From a virus, in the IMG/VR virus record IMGVR_UViG_3300014913_000007, positions 64,001-128,000 of that record: 64,000 nucleotides of DNA. One strand, written 5' to 3'. The position numbers and the translations under genes are program-made. Each line of letters begins with the position of its first letter. Position 1 is the stretch's first letter. Shown piece by piece: positions 31,550 through 42,287 of the stretch. The notes beneath the pieces were generated by a model. That model was given only the letters and a program-made list of their open reading frames with translations. It did not search any database and was not told the origin of the DNA.

Positions 31550-31899
31550 TACTTACGTCTCCTATTTTTCCTATTATTCCTATCCCTTCTACATTTTTCC
31601 TTTCGTACAAAGATATACAAGTCTTTTAAGTCAGGAAAGTCTCTAAGGATACTGCTAAAATTTTTATCTACATATTTCTCTAAGGTAATATCAAAATTAC
31701 CACTATCCACTATTCTATCTAAAACTTTATGGTAAATAGTTTCATTTTTACTCAGAAGTAGTCTTTCAGACATCTCAGCTACGAAGTCTTCTTTTTTAAT
31801 AAACTCCCTAGGAGTTTTTGGCTTAGTAGCCTCTTCTGCTAACTCTTCTGCTGTTTCTGCTGTTTCTTGTACACCTAAACTGGCTGATTTTTCCTGCAT
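31549..31899 (-). CDS. hypothetical protein
   Basis: coupled ORF. Confidence 0.65.
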   Translation of the reverse strand: MQEKSASLGVQETAETAEELAEEATKPKTPREFIKKEDFVAEMSERLLLSKNETIYHKVLDRIVDSGNFDITLEKYVDKNFSSILRDFPDLKDLYIFVRKEKCRRDRNNRKNRRRK

Positions 31900-33170
31900 T
31901 ATATCTTACTCCATAAGTTACATTTATTATTTTTATTTATAGGTATAGGCATTCTATAGTTATTAGAATAATTATACCCCTTATTACACGTCTGTGTCAA
32001 CATTATAAATCCATCAATACTAGTTGAAGTGCTTTTACATTTTGAAAAATAAATATCCAGCCCAAATACTAACGAATTACTCTTAGTAATAGATCCTCTC
32101 AACCCAACTGACTTAACTTTCTTACTGTTAGTCGGGAATAGTGAAAGGTAAATAGTCTGAAAAGTTGTCTTATCTTGTATTAATAAGATTCCATAACCCA
32201 AGTTTTGAGCTATAAGTTTTTTTTTCTTAGTTTTGGTTATAAAGTCATACACTATAGAAGCAAAAGCTTCAGGATTTGTGACACTTATATCTCCATTAGT
32301 TTTCCTAAACTTATCTTTATATACAGTTCTTCTAAGATCTACTTTTTTAATACAATCTTTAATAATCCAAGATAGTGTTTCCTCTATCCACTCTAAGGAT
32401 CCTGAATCTAACGAAACAAATTCGCTGAGTATACTACAATGAGTATCCTTAAGCGTAATAGATTGTTTATACTTTAAATCCTGTTCTATCAGTTTTACCT
32501 TAAGCCTTTGAATTTGCAGGCTATGTACCTGCTCAATAGATTGATTACTTTTCTGTGGTTGGGTGTTTTTGTCTATACTCGTAAATAAATCATTTAAAGT
32601 ATACTTACTCTCAATATTTCCACCTAATTGTGCTATCTTTTTAAATAACATTCGTGACCAAGATTTCATTACACCTTTAGTTAAAGGAGATAACCAGTTC
32701 TTATCTGATATATCTAGCTTTAATTTCTTCCAATCATATTCATCAAATATGATTATATTATGTTGTTCACGTAGTGTTTTTAATTTATTTTTTTGTCCCT
32801 GATACAAATCTTCGAATTTTACAGGTACGGTAACGATGTATACTGGTAAATTATTTACAGTTAAATCCTTCAATTTACAAGTTATCTTGTAAAAAACATG
32901 ATTATCTAGTGGTATTTCTTTAGTAACTATTGAAGTACGTCTAATCTTTCCATCATCATCTATGTAATTTATGGGCTTATCTACTTTTTCTTTTCTTGTA
33001 AGTATTGTTTTAAGAGGTACTCTCTCTGCTTCCGAGAAAGGTACATCTGCTTGCATTAGGAATTTGAATAGAGAGTCTCTAACTTCTTTAAAGGATAGCT
33101 TTGGTTTGGCTTGACTTTTAGTTATGTCAGGTCTATCTACAGAAGTAGGTGATGCTGTAGTTAAACTCAT
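31899..33170 (-). CDS. hypothetical protein
   Basis: 423-aa ORF with AGGAG RBS. Confidence 0.75.
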   Translation of the reverse strand: MSLTTASPTSVDRPDITKSQAKPKLSFKEVRDSLFKFLMQADVPFSEAERVPLKTILTRKEKVDKPINYIDDDGKIRRTSIVTKEIPLDNHVFYKITCKLKDLTVNNLPVYIVTVPVKFEDLYQGQKNKLKTLREQHNIIIFDEYDWKKLKLDISDKNWLSPLTKGVMKSWSRMLFKKIAQLGGNIESKYTLNDLFTSIDKNTQPQKSNQSIEQVHSLQIQRLKVKLIEQDLKYKQSITLKDTHCSILSEFVSLDSGSLEWIEETLSWIIKDCIKKVDLRRTVYKDKFRKTNGDISVTNPEAFASIVYDFITKTKKKKLIAQNLGYGILLIQDKTTFQTIYLSLFPTNSKKVKSVGLRGSITKSNSLVFGLDIYFSKCKSTSTSIDGFIMLTQTCNKGYNYSNNYRMPIPINKNNKCNLWSKI

Positions 33171-33235
33171 TGATTGCTTGCTCCTAAGTATTAAAATACA
33201 CTTGTAGTATATAGGCTATAAGTACAGTTGTCAAG

Positions 33236-33580
33236 TCAGTCCTTCCTTTTGAATATGAAGGTGAAGGATTCTTCCCCAGTGTCACTTTTTACACTATCAA
33301 AATCTATTTCTAAGTCTTTAAAATAACTTAGTTTATTTTTGGCTAGGAATACTGTAATACCTGTAGATTCGTTAGTAAAAAATAAATGTTCAGTATCCTC
33401 TATACCATCATCTTCTACATGAACCGAGGCTAATTGGAATACTACTCCAGATTCTTCAGTATAATTTACATCTAGTAATATACTTCTTTCAGCTTTTGGG
33501 ACGCTATTTTCTTGGTATATACTAATTAACTCTTTTTCTGCTCTCTCTGTAAATATATCTTTTAAAATACTATTATCCAT
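33236..33580 (-). CDS. HesB/IscA-like fold protein lacking cysteines
   Basis: FTERAEKEL...GITVFLAKNKLSYFKDLEIDF...FTFIF resembles A-type carriers. Confidence 0.5.
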   Translation of the reverse strand: MDNSILKDIFTERAEKELISIYQENSVPKAERSILLDVNYTEESGVVFQLASVHVEDDGIEDTEHLFFTNESTGITVFLAKNKLSYFKDLEIDFDSVKSDTGEESFTFIFKRKD

Positions 33581-33605
33581 GTCTTTTCTCCGTCTTAAAT
33601 TAAAT

Positions 33606-35939
33606 TTATTTCAACCAGTGTGGTGATTCTTTGCCTTCTACTGCTGCTTTAACAGTTGGACAGTAAAAACTTTCTGCTCTATTCATTTTCTCTATAACGA
33701 TCTTTTCAACCTCAGCTGCCTGTGAGTCTATTACCTCCACAATCACTTCATCATGGATTAGTCCTACTAGTTTTGCGTCAAATTCTCCAGCTTTTATGGC
33801 ATTTCGTATATCTATCGCAGCTAATTTTGTCATGTCTGCAGCAGTTCCCTGAATATGGTGGTTTCCAGCTTGTCTAGCTATCTCGGACTCTAATCTGGAA
33901 ATTACTTTGTCCTTCATGGATCGCATGTTCTTCGCAGTTACTGGTCCTTTTTCTAGTAGCCAGTGCATCTTCATGTCAACTATCCGTCTCTCTACTCCAC
34001 TGGGTGAGATTTCGGCCTTTATCCAGTTTATCCTCTCTTTTAGAAAAGTGTAGTATCTCCTTCTTCCCATAATTGTATTGCTGTAGCCATACTTATTAGC
34101 TAGGAACCCATACCTCTCCATTGCATCTTTCATCACTGAGTATACCTTCCAGTATCTTGATTGAATATCTTGTGCATCCTCTATAGGTATGTGCAAAGTT
34201 TCTGACACATTCCTAACTCCAGATCCATAGAGAGATCCAAAGTTCAAAGTCTTACCAGCTCCTCGCTGCTTTTTAGCGATCTTGTGTAAGCCTATGATCT
34301 CTGCTTCCTCTACATTGAACTTACTTATTATATCATCTTTTTGTTTCCGCACTTCCACTGGTTCCATGGAATCATCATACTTTGCTAATGCATGTAACCT
34401 TTCATAATCTTCGTGATACATCTCACTTGCTGCGAAGGAATGTAAATCTTTCCCCTCTTTAAAAGCCGTATGTAGTGCAGGATCTCTGGTGATATGTGCT
34501 GCTATTCGCATCTCTTGTGCGCTGTAATCATAGATTAGAAAAGTATACCCTTCCTTAGCTATGAAGCATTCTCGTAATCCATCTCTATCCGCTAACTTCT
34601 TCACTGTAATTGGGTTTTTTGATTCTTCTAATGTTATTTTCCAATCTATATTGGCTGGCATATTCTGTAAATTAGGTTTAGAGGTACTTATCCTACCTGT
34701 ATTTAAAATCTGTTTAATGTTGTAATGTAGTCTACCTGTCTCTGGATTTACCTGTTGCATTAAAGGTTTACCATATGTACTTATTAGTTTTGAAGTTTTT
34801 CGATATCCTATAAGATTTTTTAATGCGTTGTGTTGATTTGATCCTTCCTCTAAGGCTTTGATAGTATTATCTAAGATATCTGCACCAGTGCTCTCTACAT
34901 AAAGTCCTAAACTATTTAGTGCATCCTTGATCTGTGCTGGAGAGTCTGGATTAATAGCTGCATATCCGAATAGAGTATTCTGAGAGGCATCATTAGACAT
35001 GCAACTTAAAAAATCAGATTTATATTCTTTATAATCTTTTTCTACCAGTTGCATAACTTCTGAATGTTTATCAACATCAAAACCTATACCATCTAATTCT
35101 AATTCTATTACGACTTCTAGAAACTTAAATTCTAAACAAGCAGTATCCCATAAAGTCATTGTTGGTGGAAAGAGTTCCTCATACTGTTCCCGGACCCTAG
35201 GTTCCGAGGCTGAAGTTACCTGATGATCATATAAAGTACTGGGACATGGAATTTGTAATCTTGATAATTGCCAAGTCACTAACTGAAACATTGTATCTTT
35301 AGCAACATCGTGTGCTGCATAAGCAAGCTGACCTGGATCAAAGTCAGTATCTTTGTCCATGTTAAGAAACGATTGTTGCATTTTCTTTTTTGCGGTTTTA
35401 GTTTTATTCTCTTCGGAGAAGTTGGATCCTCCCATTAAATCCTTCCTAATGAGAATCAACTCTCTGTCAAATCTCTTCTTAAGGATTGCGTCTAATGCGA
35501 ATCCACCCTTATCCTCACCTCTAATTATCATTTCTGCAAGCATGGTATCATACATCCTCTCTATGGAGATTCCCCATTTCACTTTTGCAAACTTTGCATC
35601 GAACTTAATATTATGACCTATTTTCCAACAACTAGTAATAAGAAGTGGTAATATTATATTATAATCTATCTTACGCATGTCAAAAATATATTGATCATTA
35701 TAAACTGTCCCTATTTGTGCTAGCAATATCTCATCTGTAAAGGGGCTAAAACCTGTTGTCTCTATGTCGAAAGCTATCATGGAGTTTGGATCCTTAACTA
35801 TGCTCTGTAGCTTTCTAACTGCCTCAATTGCGTGTTCATTTTCCGTTATGTAGTAATAATTTACCTCACAGGTTAAGCATAGTGTATCACCAGTATGTAT
35901 GTTGGCCTTAGATGTAGTTACTCTACTTGGGAAGTTCAT
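33606..35939 (-). CDS. polA: family A DNA polymerase with 3'-5' exonuclease domain
   Basis: FDIETTG, GHNIKFD, TGRISTSKPNLQN, DYSAQEMR, KTLNFGSLYG, IQGTAAD, IHDE. Confidence 0.95.
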   Translation of the reverse strand: MNFPSRVTTSKANIHTGDTLCLTCEVNYYYITENEHAIEAVRKLQSIVKDPNSMIAFDIETTGFSPFTDEILLAQIGTVYNDQYIFDMRKIDYNIILPLLITSCWKIGHNIKFDAKFAKVKWGISIERMYDTMLAEMIIRGEDKGGFALDAILKKRFDRELILIRKDLMGGSNFSEENKTKTAKKKMQQSFLNMDKDTDFDPGQLAYAAHDVAKDTMFQLVTWQLSRLQIPCPSTLYDHQVTSASEPRVREQYEELFPPTMTLWDTACLEFKFLEVVIELELDGIGFDVDKHSEVMQLVEKDYKEYKSDFLSCMSNDASQNTLFGYAAINPDSPAQIKDALNSLGLYVESTGADILDNTIKALEEGSNQHNALKNLIGYRKTSKLISTYGKPLMQQVNPETGRLHYNIKQILNTGRISTSKPNLQNMPANIDWKITLEESKNPITVKKLADRDGLRECFIAKEGYTFLIYDYSAQEMRIAAHITRDPALHTAFKEGKDLHSFAASEMYHEDYERLHALAKYDDSMEPVEVRKQKDDIISKFNVEEAEIIGLHKIAKKQRGAGKTLNFGSLYGSGVRNVSETLHIPIEDAQDIQSRYWKVYSVMKDAMERYGFLANKYGYSNTIMGRRRYYTFLKERINWIKAEISPSGVERRIVDMKMHWLLEKGPVTAKNMRSMKDKVISRLESEIARQAGNHHIQGTAADMTKLAAIDIRNAIKAGEFDAKLVGLIHDEVIVEVIDSQAAEVEKIVIEKMNRAESFYCPTVKAAVEGKESPHWLK

Positions 35940-37266
35940 TTTTCTTGACTCCTTTAGAGAAACTAGTTTTAATTGGATCTTCTGATAAGTTAAAAATCTC
36001 CTTTACCTTAGCTATAGCCTGCCCTGTAGTAATATTTTGCTCTCCAGGTGTGAGCTTGCTCTCTTCCTTATCAAACCCTAATAATTCTTGTGCCCTTTCC
36101 TGAAATCGACCATACCTTATATATTTAAACTGGTCTCCAGCTACTTCTCTAATATTTGAGTAAGCTATAGCACGTTTCTCTTTCCGTTTATCATACATAC
36201 TTTTAGCGTTCAGTGGTGTAGTATCTAACACTTTAGGTTCTGATACTATTTGTTCAATTGCCATGTCCCTAGAAATTTCTAACTTTCTTACAGGTAAGTA
36301 CTGCTGTATAAAGTAATCCAAGTTATATCTACTAGACTCATAGGGTATAATTTGTTGAATCTTCTTAGAATCAATAGACATATTTTCTATTCTAAGTCTG
36401 TTGCTAGGTACTAGTTTGCTGGCAGTCTCTCCATAATATGTTTGAATCTTCTGTACTAATTCAAACAACTTAATGGTATTCCCAGAAGATACATTGTAAA
36501 TTCCTTGTCGCGTCTCTACTACACAATCAACCACGACTTTTGACAAATAATTTACATGAATTAGGTCTATTTCTGTGCTTGGTGAGAATACTTCTATCTC
36601 CTCTTCTCTTTTCACAATCTTATCTAAGTAGTAATGAAAATATCCTGGCCAGTAGTTGCTTCTTCTAAATTCGTTATGATGTTTCCTTCCGTATACTTCA
36701 GTAGGTCTAAGGATACAGTAAGGTACCTTTAACATTCCCAATACCTTCTGAACAGTATCTTCTACATACAGTTTCCCTATACCCGTATAATTTGCTGGTA
36801 CTAGTGCGTCACTTTCATTGGAATTCTCAATACCATTTTCGCCATAAACGCTCCAGGAGGATATATACAAAAAGTAAGGTCTAACGTCATCATCTTCAAA
36901 TAAAGGCATAGTGGCGTATGCATTCATTGTATTTACAGCTGCTAAGATTGATTTAGCATCGTTTTCTATATCACCTAGTCCATCTGTAGGTCCTTCAAAT
37001 CCAGCAGCATATATTATTACGTCAATGGCTTGAGCAGCAAGAAAGGCTGTAATACCTTCTGAGCTGGTGAGGCTCATGTGTACTTGCTGTACTACTGCAT
37101 CATATCCTTCAGTATCTATTGTTACACCGTTAAGTCTCTTATCTAAGGACCATATTCTTACGTTTGATTGATTAGATAGTCTCCTAATAATGTTCCTACC
37201 AATGAAACCGTTACCGCCTAAAACGGCTATATGAATTTTGTCTCTTATGTGGTGTGATCTAATCAT
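35923..37266 (-). CDS. NAD-dependent epimerase/dehydratase with C-terminal extension
   Basis: GGNGFIG, YISSWSVYG, YTGIGK, LRPTEVYG. Confidence 0.85.
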   Translation of the reverse strand: MIRSHHIRDKIHIAVLGGNGFIGRNIIRRLSNQSNVRIWSLDKRLNGVTIDTEGYDAVVQQVHMSLTSSEGITAFLAAQAIDVIIYAAGFEGPTDGLGDIENDAKSILAAVNTMNAYATMPLFEDDDVRPYFLYISSWSVYGENGIENSNESDALVPANYTGIGKLYVEDTVQKVLGMLKVPYCILRPTEVYGRKHHNEFRRSNYWPGYFHYYLDKIVKREEEIEVFSPSTEIDLIHVNYLSKVVVDCVVETRQGIYNVSSGNTIKLFELVQKIQTYYGETASKLVPSNRLRIENMSIDSKKIQQIIPYESSRYNLDYFIQQYLPVRKLEISRDMAIEQIVSEPKVLDTTPLNAKSMYDKRKEKRAIAYSNIREVAGDQFKYIRYGRFQERAQELLGFDKEESKLTPGEQNITTGQAIAKVKEIFNLSEDPIKTSFSKGVKKNELPK

Positions 37267-37269
37267 ATG

Positions 37270-37566
37270 TTAATCCTTACTATCCTTGCTATCCTTACTA
37301 TTCTGACTTATAGCTGAACTAAACGCTTGGTCCCAATTAATTTTCCTTGGATATTTTACTTTGACTCCTTCAAGTGATTTGATTACTTCTTCTAGTGATT
37401 TCCTTCCCCAGTTATAATCACACAAAGTCTCCACTAAAGAGTCCCTAGCGAACCTATTAGTTTCTAATACCAGCATATGTTTAAGTAATGCATCTATAGT
37501 TTCCTCTAAGGGTTTATTCTTATATTTATATTCTTCTAATATATTCTTATAAAAATCTGTTGACAT
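37270..37566 (-). CDS. hypothetical protein
   Basis: 98-aa ORF. Confidence 0.6.
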   Translation of the reverse strand: MSTDFYKNILEEYKYKNKPLEETIDALLKHMLVLETNRFARDSLVETLCDYNWGRKSLEEVIKSLEGVKVKYPRKINWDQAFSSAISQNSKDSKDSKD

Positions 37567-37623
37567 ACTTATCCCTATTGAGTTTCCTATTAATAACTAC
37601 ATTATACAGTACTTAAGAATCTT

Positions 37624-37953
37624 TTACAACCATTTATCAGATAAGCTAAATTTTAGAATATTATCCTCGTAATAACTAAAACCTACTGCCAATGTCTGAT
37701 TACCATCATTATTAAGAATAATTCTTAAAGTGATATCTCCCTCCTTATACTTCATACCATTTATAAGGTAGGGGAAAAAGTCTTTAACTACATTGTAATG
37801 ATCTTCGTGCATATTCAAGGTGTTAGGTAGGGTACTAGACTCTTGCATCTCTGTTACAAATGAATTTATAAGATATACCACTAATAAAGCTAACTCTTTA
37901 TTAAGATTAAACGTCTCTACATCTAACTGCCTACTGTCGTTAGTTATGTTCAT
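37624..37953 (-). CDS. hypothetical protein
   Basis: 109-aa ORF. Confidence 0.6.
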   Translation of the reverse strand: MNITNDSRQLDVETFNLNKELALLVVYLINSFVTEMQESSTLPNTLNMHEDHYNVVKDFFPYLINGMKYKEGDITLRIILNNDGNQTLAVGFSYYEDNILKFSLSDKWL

Positions 37954-37960
37954 AATCTTC

Positions 37961-38200
37961 CTACTTTAAACTAAAACTTTGTACTTTCTTGGAACTTTTA
38001 TTAGCAGACTTCTCCACTGACGAAAAATTAAATTTAATTATGCAACAAGTTTGTTCTAAAACGGATCCTACCCATTCTTTATGACAGTGCATACATTCAA
38101 TTCCGGGCGTTCTCGCCTTTACAGCAGCTGTTAAATCAAATGGAGTAAATTTCCCACACCCTGAGGCAAAACACCTAAATTGTCTAGTTCTAACCACCAT
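37961..38200 (-). CDS. small Zn-ribbon protein
   Basis: CxxxxC...CxxC. Confidence 0.55.
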   Translation of the reverse strand: MVVRTRQFRCFASGCGKFTPFDLTAAVKARTPGIECMHCHKEWVGSVLEQTCCIIKFNFSSVEKSANKSSKKVQSFSLK

Positions 38201-39320
38201 TATTTAGTACCTGCATAGCTTCTAACTTCTTCTCCCATAAAGGATCGTTTAATTCTGGGTTAGTTTTAAAAAAATTATCAGATAGTTTCTTAGCGTACCT
38301 TCTCTTTAAAGCTTGAGCACTTGCTACGTAACTGATAGCTTTTCCTATCCTGACACTATTTCTACCATCAAAAGTTCCTGGTAAATACTTAGTAAGTACA
38401 TAATTTATTTGCCTTTCAGTGTAAGATTTGGTCTCTGTTAAGAATTTATGCTTATCCACCAAAGTACTAATATCTAATAATCCTACTTTGGAATTAAATT
38501 CATTCACATCCTCATCTGCTTTATCTAGTGAAAAATTTGATGTAAGGTTGTTAGAAAGTACACCTACAAGTGTTCCCTCTAAAGTATCTGAAGTTACTGC
38601 TTTACTGTACTCTAAAAAATCAACTTCTGGTACTACATATTCTCCTACTAAATTAGGACTATCTATAAAAACCTTATCTCCAGTACCTAATTGACTAACT
38701 TCAATATTGTCCTCTATTTCTCCATAAGTATCTCTCAAATATACAAAAATATTTTTGGAATTAAAGTAATTAACTAAGCTATTAATTTCCTCACAGTCGG
38801 AATAAAAATTGTCAAACATTATAGTTACTATTTCTAAAGACTCTTTATTACCTATAGCCTTACAAAATTGATCCCTTGAAAATATTATTTCTCTTTCCTC
38901 TCTGCTCTTAAATCTATCTAACCAAGAATCTCCTGTTATTATTATGGACTCCTCCATCATTCCTTTTCGTAGTAACTCTTGTTTTTGTAACACATTTGCA
39001 CAAAGTATGTAATCTGCAGAATCAATAAATAAATTATAAGCAAAAGAAAGACTGTAGTAAACTGCATCTAAAGTTAATACTACAGGTATACTTTTATTTT
39101 TACATTGTAGTACAAACCCATCTAATTCTTTCTTACATATACTGGAATCACAATTAAAACAGGAATATTGGAAAAGAAACATATGTACTTTAGAATCTAA
39201 TTTAATATTACCTATAGTCTCTTTAGTTAAGTTTATAATGTCGTACTCGCTGGACACTAAATTATAAGCGTCCTTAAAACTATACTTATCTACTAAACTA
39301 ACGATTTTTCTTTTGCTCAT
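38190..39320 (-). CDS. hypothetical protein, possibly degenerate GT-B fold
   Basis: ADYILC...IIITGDSWLD and DGRNSVRI motifs; context among glycosyltransferases. Confidence 0.5.
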   Translation of the reverse strand: MSKRKIVSLVDKYSFKDAYNLVSSEYDIINLTKETIGNIKLDSKVHMFLFQYSCFNCDSSICKKELDGFVLQCKNKSIPVVLTLDAVYYSLSFAYNLFIDSADYILCANVLQKQELLRKGMMEESIIITGDSWLDRFKSREEREIIFSRDQFCKAIGNKESLEIVTIMFDNFYSDCEEINSLVNYFNSKNIFVYLRDTYGEIEDNIEVSQLGTGDKVFIDSPNLVGEYVVPEVDFLEYSKAVTSDTLEGTLVGVLSNNLTSNFSLDKADEDVNEFNSKVGLLDISTLVDKHKFLTETKSYTERQINYVLTKYLPGTFDGRNSVRIGKAISYVASAQALKRRYAKKLSDNFFKTNPELNDPLWEKKLEAMQVLNNGG

Positions 39321-39546
39321 ATTCCCTCATCACAAAGCTATGAAGTTCATCCCAATCTACTGGCATTACCTCTGTTGTATTTCTTGTAAGGTAAGCAGGT
39401 ATATATCTCTCCCCATCAAATAACATCTCAAGATTTCCATGCTCTCCTTCATAGTATATCTTGTTAGTTATCTTTCTGGTTTGAAACAGTTTTTTTGCGA
39501 ACTTTGTTGCTCGGTCTAACTGATATTGATTCTTTATTCTTTCCAT
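39298..39546 (-). CDS. hypothetical protein
   Basis: 82-aa ORF overlapping neighbours. Confidence 0.5.
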   Translation of the reverse strand: MERIKNQYQLDRATKFAKKLFQTRKITNKIYYEGEHGNLEMLFDGERYIPAYLTRNTTEVMPVDWDELHSFVMREYEQKKNR

Positions 39547-40711
39547 TATTTCTTAATCTATTAAATGATTCGTTTAATTCTACAACTAGACTATCGCCCA
39601 CTGATCTATAGGTGCAGTTAGTCTCTAAAAATTGTCTTAAGTTTCTTCCCTTTTCTTTTGCTAATTCTTGGTTTTCATAGCAAAATCTCATTTTACTTGT
39701 CATGTCCTTCAGGTCCGGTTGTGCCCAGTACTGGTTTGATAAGTACCAGGGCCACTGTTGCATACCTGTAACGGGTCTTAGTGTGTGATTATATATGAAC
39801 CCAGTGTCACTAGTAACATAACTAGCTTGCTCACCAAATGTATTTGTTATAACTGGGTTTTCAAATATTCCAGATTCTAGAATTCCCAGCCCCAATCCTT
39901 CCCCCCTAGAAGGTGAAACGTAGCAATCACATCTCTTGTGAAGACCTAACATTTTTTCTCTAGATAGTAGTTGGTTTACTAGTATAACCTCTGGAACCTG
40001 GGTATACTTACCTTGACTTTGTATTTGCTCTATTACCTCAGAGAGGTATTCAGACTCTTCCTGACTGTGCTTAGCCAAGTAAGTCTTTAAAACCAAACAA
40101 ACGTTCTCTCCATTACTAAATTCTGACCAGTAGGCTTGTAACAGATCTTTAAAGTTTTTTCTCTCAGACCACTGTGATATGTAATAAAATACATACGTAT
40201 CATTGCCTATAATTTCGGATGCAGATCTCTTTAGACTTATTGGACTTCCTTGTCCATAGGATTCCAGGTCTATTGGATGATGAAATGTTTTTAAAGGTAC
40301 CGTAACTTTAGAGTCCCTAAAAACTTTTCTATTAAAATCTCCAGGTAGCCAGCATTCATCCATCTTGTTTATAATATTCACCCAAGCAGGATGTAGTAAA
40401 TCTGTCTCCCAAAGTGTAAAGTTTATACGCAATGCTTTTTTATTAGTATCACCATTGAATACCTTTTCAGCTATTTCGGGAGTTGTCCATGAAATAATTG
40501 CATCATATTCAATGTCCTTACCTACTAGACTATTTAAAGTGTTACCTATTTCCCCCAAGTCTGGTCCTTTTTCTTCGAACTTAATTGGTGCTAGTGTAAT
40601 TGGTATCTTAGTCTCATTCAATGCTAAAATGTAGTTTCTGCTCCACTCAGCATACCCTGATCCATCAAATACAGGTGCTACACATTTTATACCTCTAAGC
40701 TTCTTATTCAT
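39464..40711 (-). CDS. GT4-like glycosyltransferase
   Basis: SGYA, WETD, ERKN, DCYVSPSRGEGLGLGILES. Confidence 0.88.
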   Translation of the reverse strand: MNKKLRGIKCVAPVFDGSGYAEWSRNYILALNETKIPITLAPIKFEEKGPDLGEIGNTLNSLVGKDIEYDAIISWTTPEIAEKVFNGDTNKKALRINFTLWETDLLHPAWVNIINKMDECWLPGDFNRKVFRDSKVTVPLKTFHHPIDLESYGQGSPISLKRSASEIIGNDTYVFYYISQWSERKNFKDLLQAYWSEFSNGENVCLVLKTYLAKHSQEESEYLSEVIEQIQSQGKYTQVPEVILVNQLLSREKMLGLHKRCDCYVSPSRGEGLGLGILESGIFENPVITNTFGEQASYVTSDTGFIYNHTLRPVTGMQQWPWYLSNQYWAQPDLKDMTSKMRFCYENQELAKEKGRNLRQFLETNCTYRSVGDSLVVELNESFNRLRNNGKNKESISVRPSNKVRKKTVSNQKDN

Positions 40712-42272
40712 CTTCTATGGAACCTACTATAATATTTGACTTAGGATCAGCTTTTTTAGATTCTTTTAATTTTACTCCCTCCTGAGGTACCCGTTGTAAT
40801 AGACTATGTGTTTGAACTCCTTGTATGTTTTTAATTTTAATATCCTTTGCTAAACTAAATGTATCATGAAACTTGGGTACGATGTTACGTTCCCAATCAA
40901 GATCGGTCTGTGTCCATTGATAGGCTTTCTCTTCTATTTTTCTACATTCTGCTTGATTATTGTAAACCCACAACATTTTTTGCAGAAGATCATCAGTATC
41001 TGGAAGTGGTCTTGGTACTTCATTATCTCCAGGAAATATAGCTATCTGGGATAAGCTTGCTCCTGATTTATATAATATTCCTCGCATATTCTCATCTTTA
41101 CCACAAAGTTCAGTGTGTGAGGTATTGTCTGGAGCTATAACAGTGGTCTTAGTGGCAAAAGCTTCAGTAATTGATAGCTCCCATCCACCACCTACTGCAG
41201 TTGTAACTAATGCATCTGCTGCGTTATATACTTTATTCAAATCTTCTAGGGTTAAACCCTTCTGAACACTAAAGTTGGGTGGAAATAATACATCACTTCC
41301 AACTTGAAGTCCTAGAGTCGTGCATACCTCTGGTAAGTTCCATCCAACATCGACAGCTTTCATGTTTAAGTATATAAATGAGTTTGATACTTGTTCCTGA
41401 AAATGCTTAAAAGCTAGCAAAGTAGCAGGTAAAAACTTTCTTAATTGGTTTCTATTAACATTGAGAAACATAAATTTATCTGCAAACTCCTCCCCAAACA
41501 TGGCTCTTTTAAAAGTTCTAGATTCTTCTTTAGGGATTGGATAAAAATCTTTAGAATTTACTCCATGTGGTATTATCCTAAGTCTTCCATTCAAACTATT
41601 ATTCTTCCTAATACATTCAACTGCGCCAAATCTTAGGTAAGTTATTGGAAGATCTACTTTACATATATTATCTATCCAAGCTTTCTTGGGTATACCATCT
41701 ATTGGAAAATATGAAACTATAGGTATATGACTCTTATTTAATGACTGTAAAGTATTCTTAATAGCATCTACAAAGGCTATAGGAGGCTTTGCTCCAGGAA
41801 CTCCTCCTCCTACCCAAAAAGGATCTTCCATTAGAAAAATCATATCTATATCAGTTTTCTGTAAGATATTAGGCATTATATTTAAGAACTTACGTTGTCC
41901 GTACATGTCTGCCTTGTTGGATCCCATCATCATTGCTGGCCATTGTCGGTACCTACCATTCTTCTCTCCACCTGTAATCTCCGATTCCTCATAGTGGTCT
42001 CCCATATGATTAATACCTACCTGATATATTTCATATTCTCCAGGATAATTTTTATATAAACCCTGCAAAACACTACGTACTACTATCCCAAATCCAGTTA
42101 TTACGTAAGGACTTGCTCCCCAAACTAGTATTTTCTTCTTAGATGTTCCTTGTGTTACTAATTCAGTAGTCCCAGACTTTGGATTTACTACAGACTTTAT
42201 CTTTCCACTCCTAGCAGCGTTACCTAGCGCAGAACCTTTTTTAATTTTAAGGGTCTTTTTCTTTTTGGCCAT
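40704..42272 (-). CDS. GT4-like glycosyltransferase
   Basis: TGFG, IPHGVN, VNRNQLRK, YNAAD...GGGWELSITEAFA. Confidence 0.88.
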   Translation of the reverse strand: MAKKKKTLKIKKGSALGNAARSGKIKSVVNPKSGTTELVTQGTSKKKILVWGASPYVITGFGIVVRSVLQGLYKNYPGEYEIYQVGINHMGDHYEESEITGGEKNGRYRQWPAMMMGSNKADMYGQRKFLNIMPNILQKTDIDMIFLMEDPFWVGGGVPGAKPPIAFVDAIKNTLQSLNKSHIPIVSYFPIDGIPKKAWIDNICKVDLPITYLRFGAVECIRKNNSLNGRLRIIPHGVNSKDFYPIPKEESRTFKRAMFGEEFADKFMFLNVNRNQLRKFLPATLLAFKHFQEQVSNSFIYLNMKAVDVGWNLPEVCTTLGLQVGSDVLFPPNFSVQKGLTLEDLNKVYNAADALVTTAVGGGWELSITEAFATKTTVIAPDNTSHTELCGKDENMRGILYKSGASLSQIAIFPGDNEVPRPLPDTDDLLQKMLWVYNNQAECRKIEEKAYQWTQTDLDWERNIVPKFHDTFSLAKDIKIKNIQGVQTHSLLQRVPQEGVKLKESKKADPKSNIIVGSIEDE

Positions 42273-42287
42273 TTTTTATACTTTCCT

